In this document: positions 45,102-58,200 of the stretch, in pieces
How positions within the stretch are numbered: the stretch's first letter is position 1
Layout: every line of letters starts with the position of its first letter
Source of the DNA: a virus
Strand: one strand, 5' to 3'
Length of the DNA: 64,000 bases
IMG/VR virus record: IMGVR_UViG_3300003323_000915
Coordinates: 13,249-77,248 of that record
Position numbers and translations under genes: made by a program
The notes under the pieces: generated by a model
Database searches by the model: none
The model's input: the letters and a program-made list of their open reading frames with translations, nothing else
Told to the model about the DNA's origin: nothing

Positions 45102-47483
45102 ATGGATCAAATAGGCGAAACACAACTGGTCGACTCGACATTTGCCTTAAAAGGCTCAATGTTCCCAAATGAATATGTAAGTCCGTTGATCAAAGAACTC
45201 CCGGAATACGGAGTGATGTACGCCCGAGCGATCTTTTACTCCGCAAACAAATTCGGGGGATACACCTTCTGGAATGACAGCGAATTCCAGGCATTGACCG
45301 AGATATCCCAAGGCAGACAGAGTATCAGCGACCTGCGCAAGATGTTTGGGTTCTTCAAGGATAAAAGCGACGACCCGGCCGATGATGGCTCGTCTTCGCT
45401 TGCTTATTTGAATCTTCAGGTATTAAATCTTGCACCAAAGTACATCAACCGGGCGGTGGCGAAGGTGATGAATTTGGAATACGAAGTCCAGCTTGAGGCG
45501 GTAGATCCGGTTTCGGTCCACGATAAAAAGAATTACGAGGCATCTATTGCCGCGTTCTACGAATTCAAAAACTGGCTCGCTGACATCAAAATGACGCCGC
45601 GGGACTTTTTCCCGGATCTTGATTTGGATGTTTTACCGGAATATCCGGACGAATTAATGATGGAAATGCTGGTAAATCCAAAGCTCCAGCGATGTATCGA
45701 CGGAGAGAACGCGATATCTTTGATCCATCAAATCAATGATTTCAACCAAAAGATGCGACTCGCAACCAACGATAAAGTGGTTTACGGCCGCGGGCACTTA
45801 CATGTTTACCGTGATGAGAACGGAATTCCGCGTGTTGACCGGATAAACCCAAAATATTATGTCGGCAGCTACGTTGAAAATGAGAATTTCAATGAACAGG
45901 AGTATGCCGGGTATTATGATTTCCCGACTATAAATCAATTCCGGAAAGAATCTCGCGATACATTAACAGAAGAGCAGATTGAATTTGTAATTCAGAAATA
46001 TGCCAACGAGAACAGTATCCAGAACTACAACAATGCATCGCGCGAGAACGCAAAATACGACGGACTGAATTATATCCCGGTTCTGCGTTTCTACTACCTG
46101 AGTAATGATGACCGTGTATTTGTCACACGTCCGAATAAGTACGGCAATCCGACGATTATGGAACGTGGACTTGAGTGGAAGCCACGCGAAGACGATAAAA
46201 GATTCAGTCCTGATGGTGATTCGCAGATCGTAAGAAATTCGTACACCTCGGTTTATGGAGGTACCTGGGTATTGGACAGCAACATAATTTACGACTACGG
46301 ACGGAAATCTTACCCAAGATCCAATCTTGTGGATGTCCGATTGCCTATCATAACCTTTGCGCCAAATTACAAAGATGGACGCACGGTGAGCTTCGCCGCG
46401 CAAATGATCGAGCCGCTATTCATGATCAATCTGGCTTGGAACAAAATCAAGGAAATTTTAGCGAAAGGCTGGATGGGTGTTCAAGAGATTGACTTTACGC
46501 AACTTGAAGCTGTGTCGCTCGGTAAAGGCGGGAAATCGTGGAGCCCGAGAGAAGTATACAAGCATTTCCTCCAAACGCAACGATTAATCAAGCGATCGCC
46601 GGTAAACAAATACGATCAGAATCGTTCTGGGAGCGCCGTTGACAGCAATCCATCGGGACTTCAAATGTCAGATTATTTCAGCGCCTTTACCACTGGCATA
46701 AACATGCTCGAGCAAATGACCGGGACCACAGTCGCGGAGCAGATAAATACACCAGACAGACTCGCCGTCGGTGTTATGGAGCAATCACAGGCTACCGGGG
46801 ACTTGGATATGGAGTATTTATTCAACTCGCACCGGTATTTATACAAAGCCGCAAGTGAACAGTTGCTATATCTCGTACAAGAAGCCAAGCGTGATGGCGT
46901 TGGTATCGCCGGATTTATTCCGGCCCTCGGGAAACATTTCACAGTTCCGGATGCGGTTGCAGACTGTGATTACGGACTATTTTTAACAAAGGCACCAGGG
47001 CCTCAACAATGGGCCGAGTTCTACCAAGAGCTTGCTATTGGTATTGAGAAAGGGCAGATATCAAATTTCGACGCTGCATTTATTCGTGAAATAAAGAACC
47101 TGAAGCAGGCGCGCCAGATACTCGGCATCCGTATGAAAATCAACGAGCGCAAGGCAGGTCAGCTAATGCAGGCTAACCAGCAGGCACAAATGGACGCTAA
47201 CCAGCAGGCCGCGCAGCTTAAGAACCAAGGAACAATGGCTGAACTTGAACGTAAGTCACAACTTGACCAAGAAGCAATTCGTTTGCAAGGATTGATCGAT
47301 GAGCATTTACTGATCAAAGAAAAAGAACTTGATGCGGCCATCGCAGACAAATCCGATCTCGCTAAAAAGCAGATCGCTAAACAGACAAGCGTTGACGAGA
47401 TCATCAAGCAGGCAGTCAGAAACAAGCCGGAATACGCAAAAGCGGAAGCTCGTGTAGAGAAGGCGAGTGAACCAAAAAAATAA
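45102..47483 (+). CDS. Portal protein (crAss-like)
   Basis: 793 aa after terL; YLNLQVLNLAPKYI, EAVDP, C-terminal Gln-rich barrel helix. Confidence 0.85.
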   Translation: MDQIGETQLVDSTFALKGSMFPNEYVSPLIKELPEYGVMYARAIFYSANKFGGYTFWNDSEFQALTEISQGRQSISDLRKMFGFFKDKSDDPADDGSSSLAYLNLQVLNLAPKYINRAVAKVMNLEYEVQLEAVDPVSVHDKKNYEASIAAFYEFKNWLADIKMTPRDFFPDLDLDVLPEYPDELMMEMLVNPKLQRCIDGENAISLIHQINDFNQKMRLATNDKVVYGRGHLHVYRDENGIPRVDRINPKYYVGSYVENENFNEQEYAGYYDFPTINQFRKESRDTLTEEQIEFVIQKYANENSIQNYNNASRENAKYDGLNYIPVLRFYYLSNDDRVFVTRPNKYGNPTIMERGLEWKPREDDKRFSPDGDSQIVRNSYTSVYGGTWVLDSNIIYDYGRKSYPRSNLVDVRLPIITFAPNYKDGRTVSFAAQMIEPLFMINLAWNKIKEILAKGWMGVQEIDFTQLEAVSLGKGGKSWSPREVYKHFLQTQRLIKRSPVNKYDQNRSGSAVDSNPSGLQMSDYFSAFTTGINMLEQMTGTTVAEQINTPDRLAVGVMEQSQATGDLDMEYLFNSHRYLYKAASEQLLYLVQEAKRDGVGIAGFIPALGKHFTVPDAVADCDYGLFLTKAPGPQQWAEFYQELAIGIEKGQISNFDAAFIREIKNLKQARQILGIRMKINERKAGQLMQANQQAQMDANQQAAQLKNQGTMAELERKSQLDQEAIRLQGLIDEHLLIKEKELDAAIADKSDLAKKQIAKQTSVDEIIKQAVRNKPEYAKAEARVEKASEPKK

Positions 47484-47489
47484 TTTTAG

Positions 47490-47497
47490 TATCTTTG
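47490..47497 (+). promoter_or_regulatory. -7 promoter element TATCTTTG for scaffold/capsid genes
   Basis: Exact TAnnTTTG upstream of 47514. Confidence 0.6.
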
Positions 47498-47513
47498 AGA
47501 TAAATAAAAAGTT

Positions 47514-48779
47514 ATGGCAAAAGAAATTTATTCATTCGACGACGACAAAATGGTAGCGGTTGAGCCTCCAAAAAAAGAGGAGAAACAACCCGAAGACACA
47601 TCTGCACCAGACGAAGAGAACGAAGAAGAACCGGAAGAAGGTGAGGAGGAAGAAAAGAAAGAAGAAGCCTCTGAAGATGATAACACCAAGGAAGAATTAG
47701 AGGAAGAAATTGAAAGTGAAGAGCATCCAGCCGAAGAAGAGCAAGAAAAAACAGAGAGCAAGTCTGACGAAACTCCAGATAGTGAGATAACGCCAGATGA
47801 GGTAATTCAAGATCTATTCTCGGAAAAATATGGCATCAAATCTGAATCAGAATTCCAAGAAATTCTGGATCAGTCGATCGAGCTACTTGACGAAAATCAG
47901 AAGCTCGAAGCCAAAATAAAAGAACTCGAGAGTGCGCCAAAAGGTCCGGCATTCAAGAGTGAAAATCAAAAAGCCATTTATGAAATGATCAAGGATTACG
48001 ATCCAGATCGCGTTCCTGATGGGCTCAGTATGATCGCCTCTTTGGTTGGGATGGATCTTAAGACCACCGACACAAAATTGATTCTGCAACAGGAATTCAT
48101 CATGCAGCATCCGGAACTATCCATTGACCGGGCTCGTAAGAAATTCGAAAATGAATACAATAAGTTGTACGCCATCGACGAGGAATCATTTGACGACGCC
48201 GAAAAACTGAAAGAGAAGAAGGAAGATGTGGAGAGCGACCTGATAATCGCCCGCAAGCGCGCAACAAAGTTCATCCAAGAAAAACAGCAAGAATTTAAAA
48301 CAAAAAGCGAGGAAAAAGAGGAATCAGCAAAGGTAAACGAAGAAGTTCAGGCATCGATCGCAAAGACAACGTCTGAATTTAACGAGTACTTCGATGGTCT
48401 TCATACCCTCGTGATACCGAAGGAAGAAGGCGACAAGACGCCTTTTAAGTACAAATTCAGCACTGAAGAACTTAAAAGGATCAAAATTGTAGTCGACAAC
48501 CATCTCAAAAATCCTGGCGCGTATGACGCGAAAGGTAAGTTAGTTGGAGGTTTTGACGCTCACCAAAACTTCGAAACGGCAGCATTTGCTGTCTGCGGTC
48601 TAAGAATAACCGAGGAAGCCTTGAAATTCGCAAAGAATATGGCTCAGAGGATGAAGGCCGAGGATATCGCAAAACGCAAACCAGAAAGAAAATCGAGCGA
48701 AAAGAGCCAGCCGGTAAGCATGAGCATCGACGCTCAGGCAGAACGTTTGGCGCAAAAAAAGAAGGCAGAAAGGTCATAG
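47514..48779 (+). CDS. Acidic scaffolding-like protein
   Basis: Very Glu-rich N-terminus; between portal and capsid genes. Confidence 0.7.
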   Translation: MAKEIYSFDDDKMVAVEPPKKEEKQPEDTSAPDEENEEEPEEGEEEEKKEEASEDDNTKEELEEEIESEEHPAEEEQEKTESKSDETPDSEITPDEVIQDLFSEKYGIKSESEFQEILDQSIELLDENQKLEAKIKELESAPKGPAFKSENQKAIYEMIKDYDPDRVPDGLSMIASLVGMDLKTTDTKLILQQEFIMQHPELSIDRARKKFENEYNKLYAIDEESFDDAEKLKEKKEDVESDLIIARKRATKFIQEKQQEFKTKSEEKEESAKVNEEVQASIAKTTSEFNEYFDGLHTLVIPKEEGDKTPFKYKFSTEELKRIKIVVDNHLKNPGAYDAKGKLVGGFDAHQNFETAAFAVCGLRITEEALKFAKNMAQRMKAEDIAKRKPERKSSEKSQPVSMSIDAQAERLAQKKKAERS

Positions 48780-48828
48780 TGTGCAAATCGGTAGGGAAAG
48801 GATATCAAAACTTTAACCTAACGAAACA

Positions 48829-50283
48829 ATGGCAATATTCACCGAAGTAAACACTTGGCAGGACTTCGCCGTCGCAGCACGCGAAGAAAACCCGCTGATT
48901 TCCCAAATGAGCTTTATCCATAAACCTCAGGTTGGGTCAACAATGTTCGATGTCAATCCACTTGAAACCGACATCGGCGAAATGTTCAAAATGGGCCTCA
49001 TGGAAGAGGTCAAAGGTGAGGAAATCATCCACCACGAAGCCGCAAAACGTTTCGATGCTCCGTACATCAACACGGACTCGACAATTACGAACGTATACGG
49101 AATCGGAGCTACCGGCAACGGCGATGACGCCCTGTATACAGGCATCGATTATATCCAGCTGGCAGCTGTAAGCCATAGTCCGCAAACCGGTGCTCTTGCG
49201 CTGAAGTATTCATACCCACGCACTGGTCAATTGATCCAGTTCAAAAACAAAGGTGTATGGCGTATTAGCGGAAAAAGAGAGTCTATCGCCGGGGCTCACC
49301 GCCTTTACATTGTGAAGGTAGATTCTTCGTTCCCGTCACTGGCGAACACAATCACGAACGCGGCCGGCGTATACGGTGGTGATCAATTCTCCGTAATTGG
49401 ATCTGCTTTCGAGGAAGCTTCATACGGCATGCAAAAAGGTATCGTGCCTGCGTCAAAAACATACACGAACTACCTGCAAGCATTCGCTGATTACTATGAT
49501 CAGACAGATTTCGAGGCAACCAACGAAACGTACCCTTTCGTGTATCAAGGAAAGGAAATCAACTTCATCTATCCTCGCGGGTTTTCCGATACCGAAATGC
49601 GCTTCGCTTTCCTTGAGCAAGCTGGCCTATTCTTGACTCCTCGCGGAGCCGCCATTCCTGGTTTTGACAAAAACAACAACGCTGTTACAATCTCCACAAC
49701 GCAAGGCTACATGCCGAACCTGGAGCTTAACGCGCCGAAGTTGTATTATGACAACAACCCGACGGTTGCTCTCTTCGAACAAATCATCCGCCTGCGCCGG
49801 AAACTAAACCAAGGCCGAGAATGCTTAATGCAATGCGGTTACGAGTTCTTACTGAAAGCGAAGGATATCATCACACAATTTGGTGTGAATGGTGGTATGG
49901 TTTACAATCGTACCGCTCTGGATTTGAACATTGATCAGATCAAGATCGGCGGATTCACCTTCAACATGAAGGAGTTGATGATCCTAAATCACCCTGATAT
50001 CACCGCACTCCCTGGATTTAACTATCCATGGTACTTCATTATCGCTCCTATGGATAAAACCAAAGACGCGAAAACAGGTATCATGAAAGATGCTTTCACC
50101 ATCATGTGGAAGAAATCAATCGGTGGTGGATCACGCGGTCACTACCAGATGTTCATGACTGGCGCGATGGCCGATACCCCTACGGACGATCAGAACGTAA
50201 GACGTATACACATCCGCTCACGTAAAGGCACCAGAGTTGTTGGCGCTTCCAAGTTCATCTTGGGGCAACGCTTACAGCCATAA
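48829..50283 (+). CDS. Major capsid protein (crAss-like HK97 fold)
   Basis: 484 aa; IGSAFEEAS, YTNYLQ, GGFTFN; synteny and strong downstream terminators. Confidence 0.85.
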   Translation: MAIFTEVNTWQDFAVAAREENPLISQMSFIHKPQVGSTMFDVNPLETDIGEMFKMGLMEEVKGEEIIHHEAAKRFDAPYINTDSTITNVYGIGATGNGDDALYTGIDYIQLAAVSHSPQTGALALKYSYPRTGQLIQFKNKGVWRISGKRESIAGAHRLYIVKVDSSFPSLANTITNAAGVYGGDQFSVIGSAFEEASYGMQKGIVPASKTYTNYLQAFADYYDQTDFEATNETYPFVYQGKEINFIYPRGFSDTEMRFAFLEQAGLFLTPRGAAIPGFDKNNNAVTISTTQGYMPNLELNAPKLYYDNNPTVALFEQIIRLRRKLNQGRECLMQCGYEFLLKAKDIITQFGVNGGMVYNRTALDLNIDQIKIGGFTFNMKELMILNHPDITALPGFNYPWYFIIAPMDKTKDAKTGIMKDAFTIMWKKSIGGGSRGHYQMFMTGAMADTPTDDQNVRRIHIRSRKGTRVVGASKFILGQRLQP

Positions 50284-50284
50284 G

Positions 50285-50342
50285 CTTAGGTGCCATACCC
50301 TAAGTTTTTTTGAAAGGTTTCCGGTTTCGACCGGAGCCTTTT
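50285..50342 (+). terminator. Tandem intrinsic terminators after the capsid gene
   Basis: CTTAGG...CCTAAG-T7 and AAAGGTTTCCGGT-TTCG-ACCGGAGCCTTTT. Confidence 0.75.
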
Positions 50343-50393
50343 ATTTATACCCAAAAAAGTAAAAAATATTACTAAACATTTAAATCGTAACAT

Positions 50394-51518
50394 ATGTCAA
50401 AAAAAGATAAAGAAACAGGTTCGCTCCCAACGATGGAAGACCTGTCGTTCATGGATAATGCTTCCGCGACAGAATCAAGCAATGAACAAGAAAGCGAGGA
50501 AGCATCGGAAGAAGATGATCCCACTGGAGAGGTAAGTGGTGAACAAAAAAGATACGTCAAAAAATCAAAGCGTCCAGTCTTAAATGAAGATGGAACTCCA
50601 TACACCGGCCCCGTAGCGCGTGTTTTCCGGGAAGACGGCAAGGAGCAGAAACGGAAAGCGGTAAACTTCCAAGGACTTAGCTCCCAGATGCTTCCGCCGA
50701 TCACGCGAAAAAAATTCGCCATATACGAGATTATCAACAAAGGACACGTTGATCCACTGACAAATCAGCCATCTGAAAATGTTGGGCTCATTCTCCCGGG
50801 AAGTTATGTGGTGTATGACCCATTTGACACTGATGTACTGCGACGACACAAGACGCTGAAGAATGTAACACGGTTTGAGACAGTGGTTATAGCCGGTCAA
50901 AATGTTGCAAAGGAAGTTGTGGAGGACATTGAGTTCCCAGACGGTATTAAAAATGTTGCCATTGAGAAAGATTACGCGATGTACATTCTTCTTGAAAACC
51001 ACCCCTTGAACGAGTCAAACCGATTCAGAAATAAAAGTATGGCGGCGGCGTTCAGGAGGATCGACATCAATAAGCGTGCATGGGGTGAAGGAACAATGGC
51101 CAACATGGATCTTGCCTTTGAGGCGGAACGAGCTGTTGTTGACATGAGAAACGCCGATGAAATCATTGGATACGCACATGCGGCAGGGATACCGACGCTT
51201 GGGCGGTCAACTGATAACGGAGACAATTCCATTAAAAAAGATCTTCGGATTTATGCGCGTAAGAACCCTAAAGACTTCTTCCGCCTCAGCAAGGATACAT
51301 ATGCAGCAATCAAGGTTTCTGTTCTTGATGCCATTGATCTTGGACTCATTGAATACGTGGTTGATAAACGGGCTTGGGAGTTCAGTACCGACGGAGAAGA
51401 GATTGGACGTCATTTACCAGGTGAGGAACCGAACGATGCGCTCATCAAATTGTTCAAAAAAAAGGAGTATCGTGAGAAGTACGAGAAGCTTCAAAATCAG
51501 CTCAATTATTGGGATTAA
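50394..51518 (+). CDS. Conserved crAss-like protein downstream of the capsid gene
   Basis: LLENHPLN, LRIYARKNPKDF, AIDLGLI; synteny. Confidence 0.65.
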   Translation: MSKKDKETGSLPTMEDLSFMDNASATESSNEQESEEASEEDDPTGEVSGEQKRYVKKSKRPVLNEDGTPYTGPVARVFREDGKEQKRKAVNFQGLSSQMLPPITRKKFAIYEIINKGHVDPLTNQPSENVGLILPGSYVVYDPFDTDVLRRHKTLKNVTRFETVVIAGQNVAKEVVEDIEFPDGIKNVAIEKDYAMYILLENHPLNESNRFRNKSMAAAFRRIDINKRAWGEGTMANMDLAFEAERAVVDMRNADEIIGYAHAAGIPTLGRSTDNGDNSIKKDLRIYARKNPKDFFRLSKDTYAAIKVSVLDAIDLGLIEYVVDKRAWEFSTDGEEIGRHLPGEEPNDALIKLFKKKEYREKYEKLQNQLNYWD

Positions 51519-51569
51519 AATTCAAAGATTAAATTTTGTAATTTAGGGGTCGTAACTGACCCCTTTTTT

Positions 51570-52241
51570 ATGGCGCTGAATCCATCGTTTACAATCACAC
51601 AACAAGATGGCGGTCTTACGGCCTTGGCTGTCAATACCACAGTGTACGGTCCTCCGAATCAAAACAGAAACGATGCAGCTGAGTTTATTCTTTGGTCAAA
51701 GACTGACAAGAATGGACTGCGCACATTTATGAATCCTGATCAGGGGAATGTGCTCACAAACTTGCAATACACATTAGCAACAAGCGTTGACGGATGGTAT
51801 GAATTGATTCGTGTACGAGTTCAGCCATACGATCCAGATGCAAATTATGTAGAGCAGCAATCATCCGGCGGGCATATAACACAATATGCCAGCGTAGTCT
51901 ACTACACCGACGGGAATATTTATAAATCTGTTGCTGCATCAACAGGACAAAGTCCGTTAGATCCAAATTATTTTGCACTGGTTCCGGTTGATTCACTCGG
52001 TGACATGCTTGCAAACACGAACATTGAAGTGTATTATCAGAATTTTTACTCTGAATACCGCACCAATGTATGTATCCGAGATAAAGACGACAATAATTGC
52101 AGATGTGGCAATAAGAATGATGGAGAGATTGATGGGCTTTATTCACTGAAACAATCAGCAGACACAAATTACGCCAACGGATATCCAGAGGTGATGGAAA
52201 AAATTATACGAGAACTCGAAAACTCCTGCACACAATGCTAA
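51570..52241 (+). CDS. Virion structural protein (fibre attachment candidate)
   Basis: DGWY motif and Cys-rich C-terminus, upstream of the fibre gene. Confidence 0.55.
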   Translation: MALNPSFTITQQDGGLTALAVNTTVYGPPNQNRNDAAEFILWSKTDKNGLRTFMNPDQGNVLTNLQYTLATSVDGWYELIRVRVQPYDPDANYVEQQSSGGHITQYASVVYYTDGNIYKSVAASTGQSPLDPNYFALVPVDSLGDMLANTNIEVYYQNFYSEYRTNVCIRDKDDNNCRCGNKNDGEIDGLYSLKQSADTNYANGYPEVMEKIIRELENSCTQC

Positions 52242-55200
52242 TAGAGGAAGCGTTTGAGATTTTATCGAAAGCTAATGATAGGATAGCTCAGCTTGGATCT
52301 GACTACGTTGATCAAGCAGGTACTCCGAAACAACCAAGAACCCTCCAAGAGCTTATTCGAGTTCGACAGCTTTACAATCTTCTTAATAAATTCATTCTCA
52401 TCAATAATGGCGGCACTGCGATCAATGGAACATTTGGTCAAAATGACGCCGCGTTAAATCGACTTTTGCTTGTCCTTAAAAAGAAAGCAAAAATTTATAC
52501 ATCACCAGCAATACCAAATCCGATTCATTCATTCGTAACAGAATCTTGTTGCGGATCATCATTACCGAAGTCTGGAAATAATGGAGACTTATTGATGTGG
52601 CTGGATGGTGATTGGATAAATTTTGCGAAAGGAAGCGATGGCCAGTCTTTAGTGTCAACACCGACCGGCCTTGCGTGGAGCAACGCTGTTGGAAATGGAA
52701 TTCCATCTGGCGGATCTGCCGGGCAGTATTTAAAGAAAAATAGCAATACATCTTACGATGTTGTCTGGGGCACTATTCAAACCATTGACATCAACGGAGT
52801 GACCGCATCTCCTTCGGAAATAAATATTCTTGATGGCGCAATAATTACAACTGCCGAACTGAACTATTTATCCGGATTATCTGGACCGTTAACAACACTT
52901 CTTGCTGGTAAAATTTCAACAGCACTTGCCAACGGTAGCTTTTTAGTTGGTAATGCAAGCAATGTCGCCACGGCTGTTACTCCAACGGGGGATGTTGTGT
53001 TTAACAACACTGGAGTTTTCGCGATAAGCTCAGGTGTAATAGTTGATGCGGATGTTAATGCCTCTGCGGCGATATCAAGATCAAAAATTGCAGCAGGCAC
53101 ATCCAACCGTATTGTCATCAACAGCAGTACTGGTGTGCTTAATGATGCCGCTGCTATAACCGCGAACAGATTACTTGTATCAGATGCAAATGGTATTCCA
53201 ATGGCAAGCGCTGTGGCGTCAAGTGTAGTGCCATTTTTAGATCCATCATCTTCGATTCAAACTCAATTGAATGGAAAACTTAGCGCAACAATATCATCAC
53301 CTGCACAAGGTGATATCCTTGTTTATAATGGAACGACATACATTAATTACGCAGTCGGAACGAATGGACAGGTGTTGATGTCAAATGGCACTACAGTAGT
53401 ATGGGGTTCTGCGACAGCAAATGGATTGCCAACCGGAGGCACGACACATCAGTACTTAAGAAAATCTTCAAACTCGGATTACGTCACTGAATGGGAGACA
53501 CTCATTCTTGCTGATATTAGTGATATATCCACAACATTTACAGAGATCAATCTATTATCGGGACTCACCGCTACGTCAGCTCAATTAAATTATACCGTCG
53601 GTGTAACAGCGCCGATACAAGGACAAATTGACAATAAGATGGGAAGATCCCTATCTTATAATGCACTTTGGGTTGGTAATGCAGGAAATATTGCCTCTGA
53701 ACTTGCGCCTGGCATCGATGGGTATGTGCTGACCATGGTTGGCACTGCACCACAATGGCAACCACAAACTCCACCAGGTAACGTATCAGGAGTGGGTCCC
53801 ACTACTGATAATGCGATAGTTCGATGGAATGGAATATCTGCAAGTTCTATTCAGAACTCAGGAATTATAATCGATGATTCGAATAACATCGATGGAGTGG
53901 CTAATCTACGGATAGAGACAGGTGGGGCAATAAGAACCGACGTAGCTAACACCAGCAGTGTCCTTCTTCAGGCTTATGATGTTGATGGTGCTGCTTATAC
54001 GACCTTTGGTACGTTGACGGCAGGGAATGTGCCAACCTTCAATCTTGCTGATGCTGTAACGATAAATTCGGCCTACATCTATCGAGCAGGTGGCACTGAT
54101 GTGTCGCTCGCAGATGGAGGCACAGGCGTTAGTCTTTCAGATCCTGGCGCAAATAAAATCTTGGCATGGGACGACACTGACAACTCTATCGGATTTTGGA
54201 CACTTGGTTCAGGACTATCGTACGACCATTCAACCCACACCTTGTCCGCCACTGGCACAGGATCAGTAGGTGGCCCGGGCTCATCAACCGATAACGCTAT
54301 AGCTCGATGGGACGGAACAACCGGCACAGTGATTCAAAATTCAGGTGTAATCATTGATGACTCAAATAATGTAACTGGCATCGCTAATATTACACTTACA
54401 ACCGGATCAGCGGTAAGAACAGGGACATCCAACACGAATACCGTTTTACTTCAAGCATATAATACCGGATCAACTTCATACACAACATTCGGTACGCTTA
54501 CCGCAGGAGCCACTCCGACGTTTGATCTCGGCACTACTACGACAATCGGCACTGCATATATATACAGAATTGGAGGAACTGACGTTTCTCTTGCTGATGG
54601 CGGTACTGGCGCAAGTTTATCTGCGCCTGGTTCTGATCGAATTATGTTCTATGATGTCTCTGCGACATCTACAGCTTATTTGGCTACAGGTACTACATTA
54701 ACAATTATCGGCACAACGATCGATGTTGCGGCTCATGGTATAGCAAATTCTAATTTCAGACAGTCGTCCGCGTTGAGCATTGTCGGTAATGCAACCAATG
54801 CCACAGCCGACGTGGCGGATATATCGTCATCATCCGACGGAGATGTTCTGCGTAGGTCAGGCACAACGCTTGGTTTTGGAACAATTACAGGATCAAGTAT
54901 TACGTTGAGTAATGGTAACGCTACAACGTGGAACGGGACGACCAAAACCATAGATTGGGGCGGAACAACAAGTTCCAATGTATCTGTCACAGGGAATTAT
55001 TCGATTTCACTAACAGATACTACTACTGACTCTGGAAGAAATCCGACAGCTTCTTTATCTCTCACTAAAACTACTGGTTCTGGAACAGCTGATGCTAACA
55101 TACTGCTGAGTGCTTCATTTACAACATTGGCAGGGGAAGGTTTTTCAGAGAATGTAACTACAGCTAAAACATTGGATTTTAATGGAGGTATAAATCTAAC

Positions 55201-58200
55201 GTACACACAAACAGGAACAATAGCCGGCAATTCATATACCACATACGCAACTATAGAGCCTGGAGCCATTGGTCTTATATCCACATCAAACAGGACCACA
55301 AATAGTGATATCGCTCTTACAATTGTAACCGGTGAAGGATTGTCTTTTGGTAAATCTGACGGATCAACAGCCGCAACCGGATCATATTCATTCGCCAGTG
55401 GAGTAAATGTATCAGCTGTCGGAAGAACAGGATTTGCTTCTGGATTAGGGAACGACTCAACTAGACAAGTTACATCTAGCGGAATTGCGGCGATTGCTAT
55501 GTACGCAACTACTAGTGCACAGACATCAGGACATGGAGCATTAGCAAATTATTCAGCGATCATAGGTGGAGTAGATCACAATATCCCATCAACAGCATTA
55601 AGATCTGTTGTTTTAGGTGGATCTTTAATCAAAGTATCAGCAAGCGTAACTGACACAGCTCACGCGCAAAATCTAAGAATAGGCTCCAATTCATATTTTG
55701 GATCTTTCTCCACAACACCATCAGCGAAAATACATATCAGTTCCGGTAGCACGACAGCTGGCACCGCGCCAATAAAGTTCACTCTTGGTGGGTCCCTGAT
55801 GACCACCCCAGAGAATGGAGCCATGGAAGCAGTGAACTCCCATATTTATTGGACTGATTCAACTGGAGTCAGATGGCAGCTTGACCAGCAATTCACCAAT
55901 CCAATGACAACCATTGGTGATATTATTCAAGCAACAACATCCGGCGCGCCAGCAAGATTGGCTTCTGTTGCCACTGGCAACGTGCTTCTTTCTGGAGGTG
56001 TGGCAACGGCTAATTTCTGGGGAAAGGTAAATCTTACTACACACGTATCATCTATCCTTCCGGTTGCGAATGGAGGGACTGGTACAGCTACACCTGGGCT
56101 AGTAGCTGGGGCAAACGTTACGATTACCGGGACATGGCCAAATCAAACTATTGCCTCAACTGGCGGAGGGGGAGGTAGCTCAACACTAACGATAAATACA
56201 CAGACATCATCATACACATTGGTTCTTACCGATGGTACGGACACTCTTGTCGAGATGAATTCATCCACCGGAAACAATGTGACGGTGCCACCAAACTCAT
56301 CAGTAGCATTCCCGATAGGAACTCAAATTCCAGTATCGCAATTAGGCACAGGACTAACATCAATTGTTGCGGGGGCTGGAGTAACAATTTATACTTCAGC
56401 TGGATCTCTTGCTGGTGCTGGGCAGTACACAGTGATGGTATTGATTAAGCGTGGAACGAACGAATGGTATCTTGAGAATGGCGTTGCAGCGGCAGGCGGA
56501 TCAGGAACTGTAACATCTGTATCTATCGTGACTGCAAACGGGATATCTGGATCAGTAGCCACAGCTACTACTACACCCGCAATCACTCTTTCCCTTGGTG
56601 CAATCACACCAACATTTGTCGGAACTACATCGGCCACCGAAATAAATTATGTCACAGGAGTAACATCTGGAATACAGTCACAAATTGATTTAAAAAGTAA
56701 TCTTTATTTAACACACAACACTCAAACTGGAACAACATATACACTGGTGCTTTCTGATAAAAATAGCGCAATAGTGGAGATGAATAATGCCAGTGCAAAC
56801 ACCTTGACAGTGCCACCAAATTCAAGTGTGGCATTCCCTACAGGTACACAGATACCAGTAACTCAGTTCGGTGCAGGGCAAACAACAATTGTGGCTGGCT
56901 CTGGGGTCACGATACACACATCAAGCGGTGTATTAACCAGTCCAGGGCAATACGCAATCATGGTTCTTGAGAAAAGAGGAACTAATGAATGGTATTTATG
57001 GAATGGTGTTCAAGGTATAACAAATACCGCTGCCAACAATGAGTTGATGAAATCAGATGGCACAAACGCAGTGCCAAGCGGACTATTTATGTCATCGACA
57101 ATTATGTCAGGATTAACCGGATTGAATGGTAATGTTAAGATTGCGGGGACTTCCTGGGTGGCAACTAGACGCCTAGAGACAGAGGAAAACTCAGCTAGTT
57201 CAAACACAGTATTGTATCCTATACGGTTGAATAATATAACTTCAGGAACGCCAGCTGCCGGAATCGGAGTAGGCATAGAGTTCTACAGTCAAACTGCTAG
57301 TACCAACAAAGAGATTGGCAGTACAATAGAATCAATTGCGACATCAGTGACATCGACGTCCGAGAACTTCGATTTGGTATTCAAGACGATGACATCTGGC
57401 GCGACGGCTACCGAGAAGTTAAGAATAGTAAGTGATGGAACTTTTAATCTAGGTAGTAGTTCAGTATCAGGATCTACGCGAGCATTCCAAGTTGTTGGAT
57501 CTGCCACAGATATTGGGGTTACATTTAATTTGAAAGGCGCTGAATCATTTTCAATTTATGACTCCACCAATAAAGGATTGCTATATACTCCGAGTACCAA
57601 CACACTTTTCACAAACAGAGATGCAAACCTAACAATTTCCGGATTTGGCGGGACTTCCGCTAGGTCGTTAATATTTGACACCGGGTTAACACTATCTGGA
57701 ACAGGTGGCAATTTAGATCTTAGACCTGGATCATCTGGCAGTGGAGAATCCAGCTATGGAAGTATATTATTGAATGGCAATAAGATTGTGGTTGGCATAA
57801 GCGGTGGAACCGGAACATCAGCGTCAATATCAACAGACGCAGGAACAAGTGCCAGAAACAGCGGACGAGATCTTAATATAACTGGTGGGAACGCATACTC
57901 TGTATCAGGGAATGGAAATGGAGGAAACATAATAATATCTGGAGGAACTGGACATGGATCAGGTGTAGGTGGGAATGTCGGTATCTTCAAGACATCACCA
58001 ACATCTAAATTGCATATTACTGCTGGGTCAGCGACCGCTAATACAGCGCCATTGCAAATGGACTCAGGCGCAGTCGAAACAACAATTAGATCGGGAATAT
58101 TTGAATATAATAATTCATTTTACTTTAGCAATTCAGCATTAAACAGAATAGGTGTTCCGGGTAGAATTTTTGAAAGCTTTGCTGATGGAGGAAATTCATC

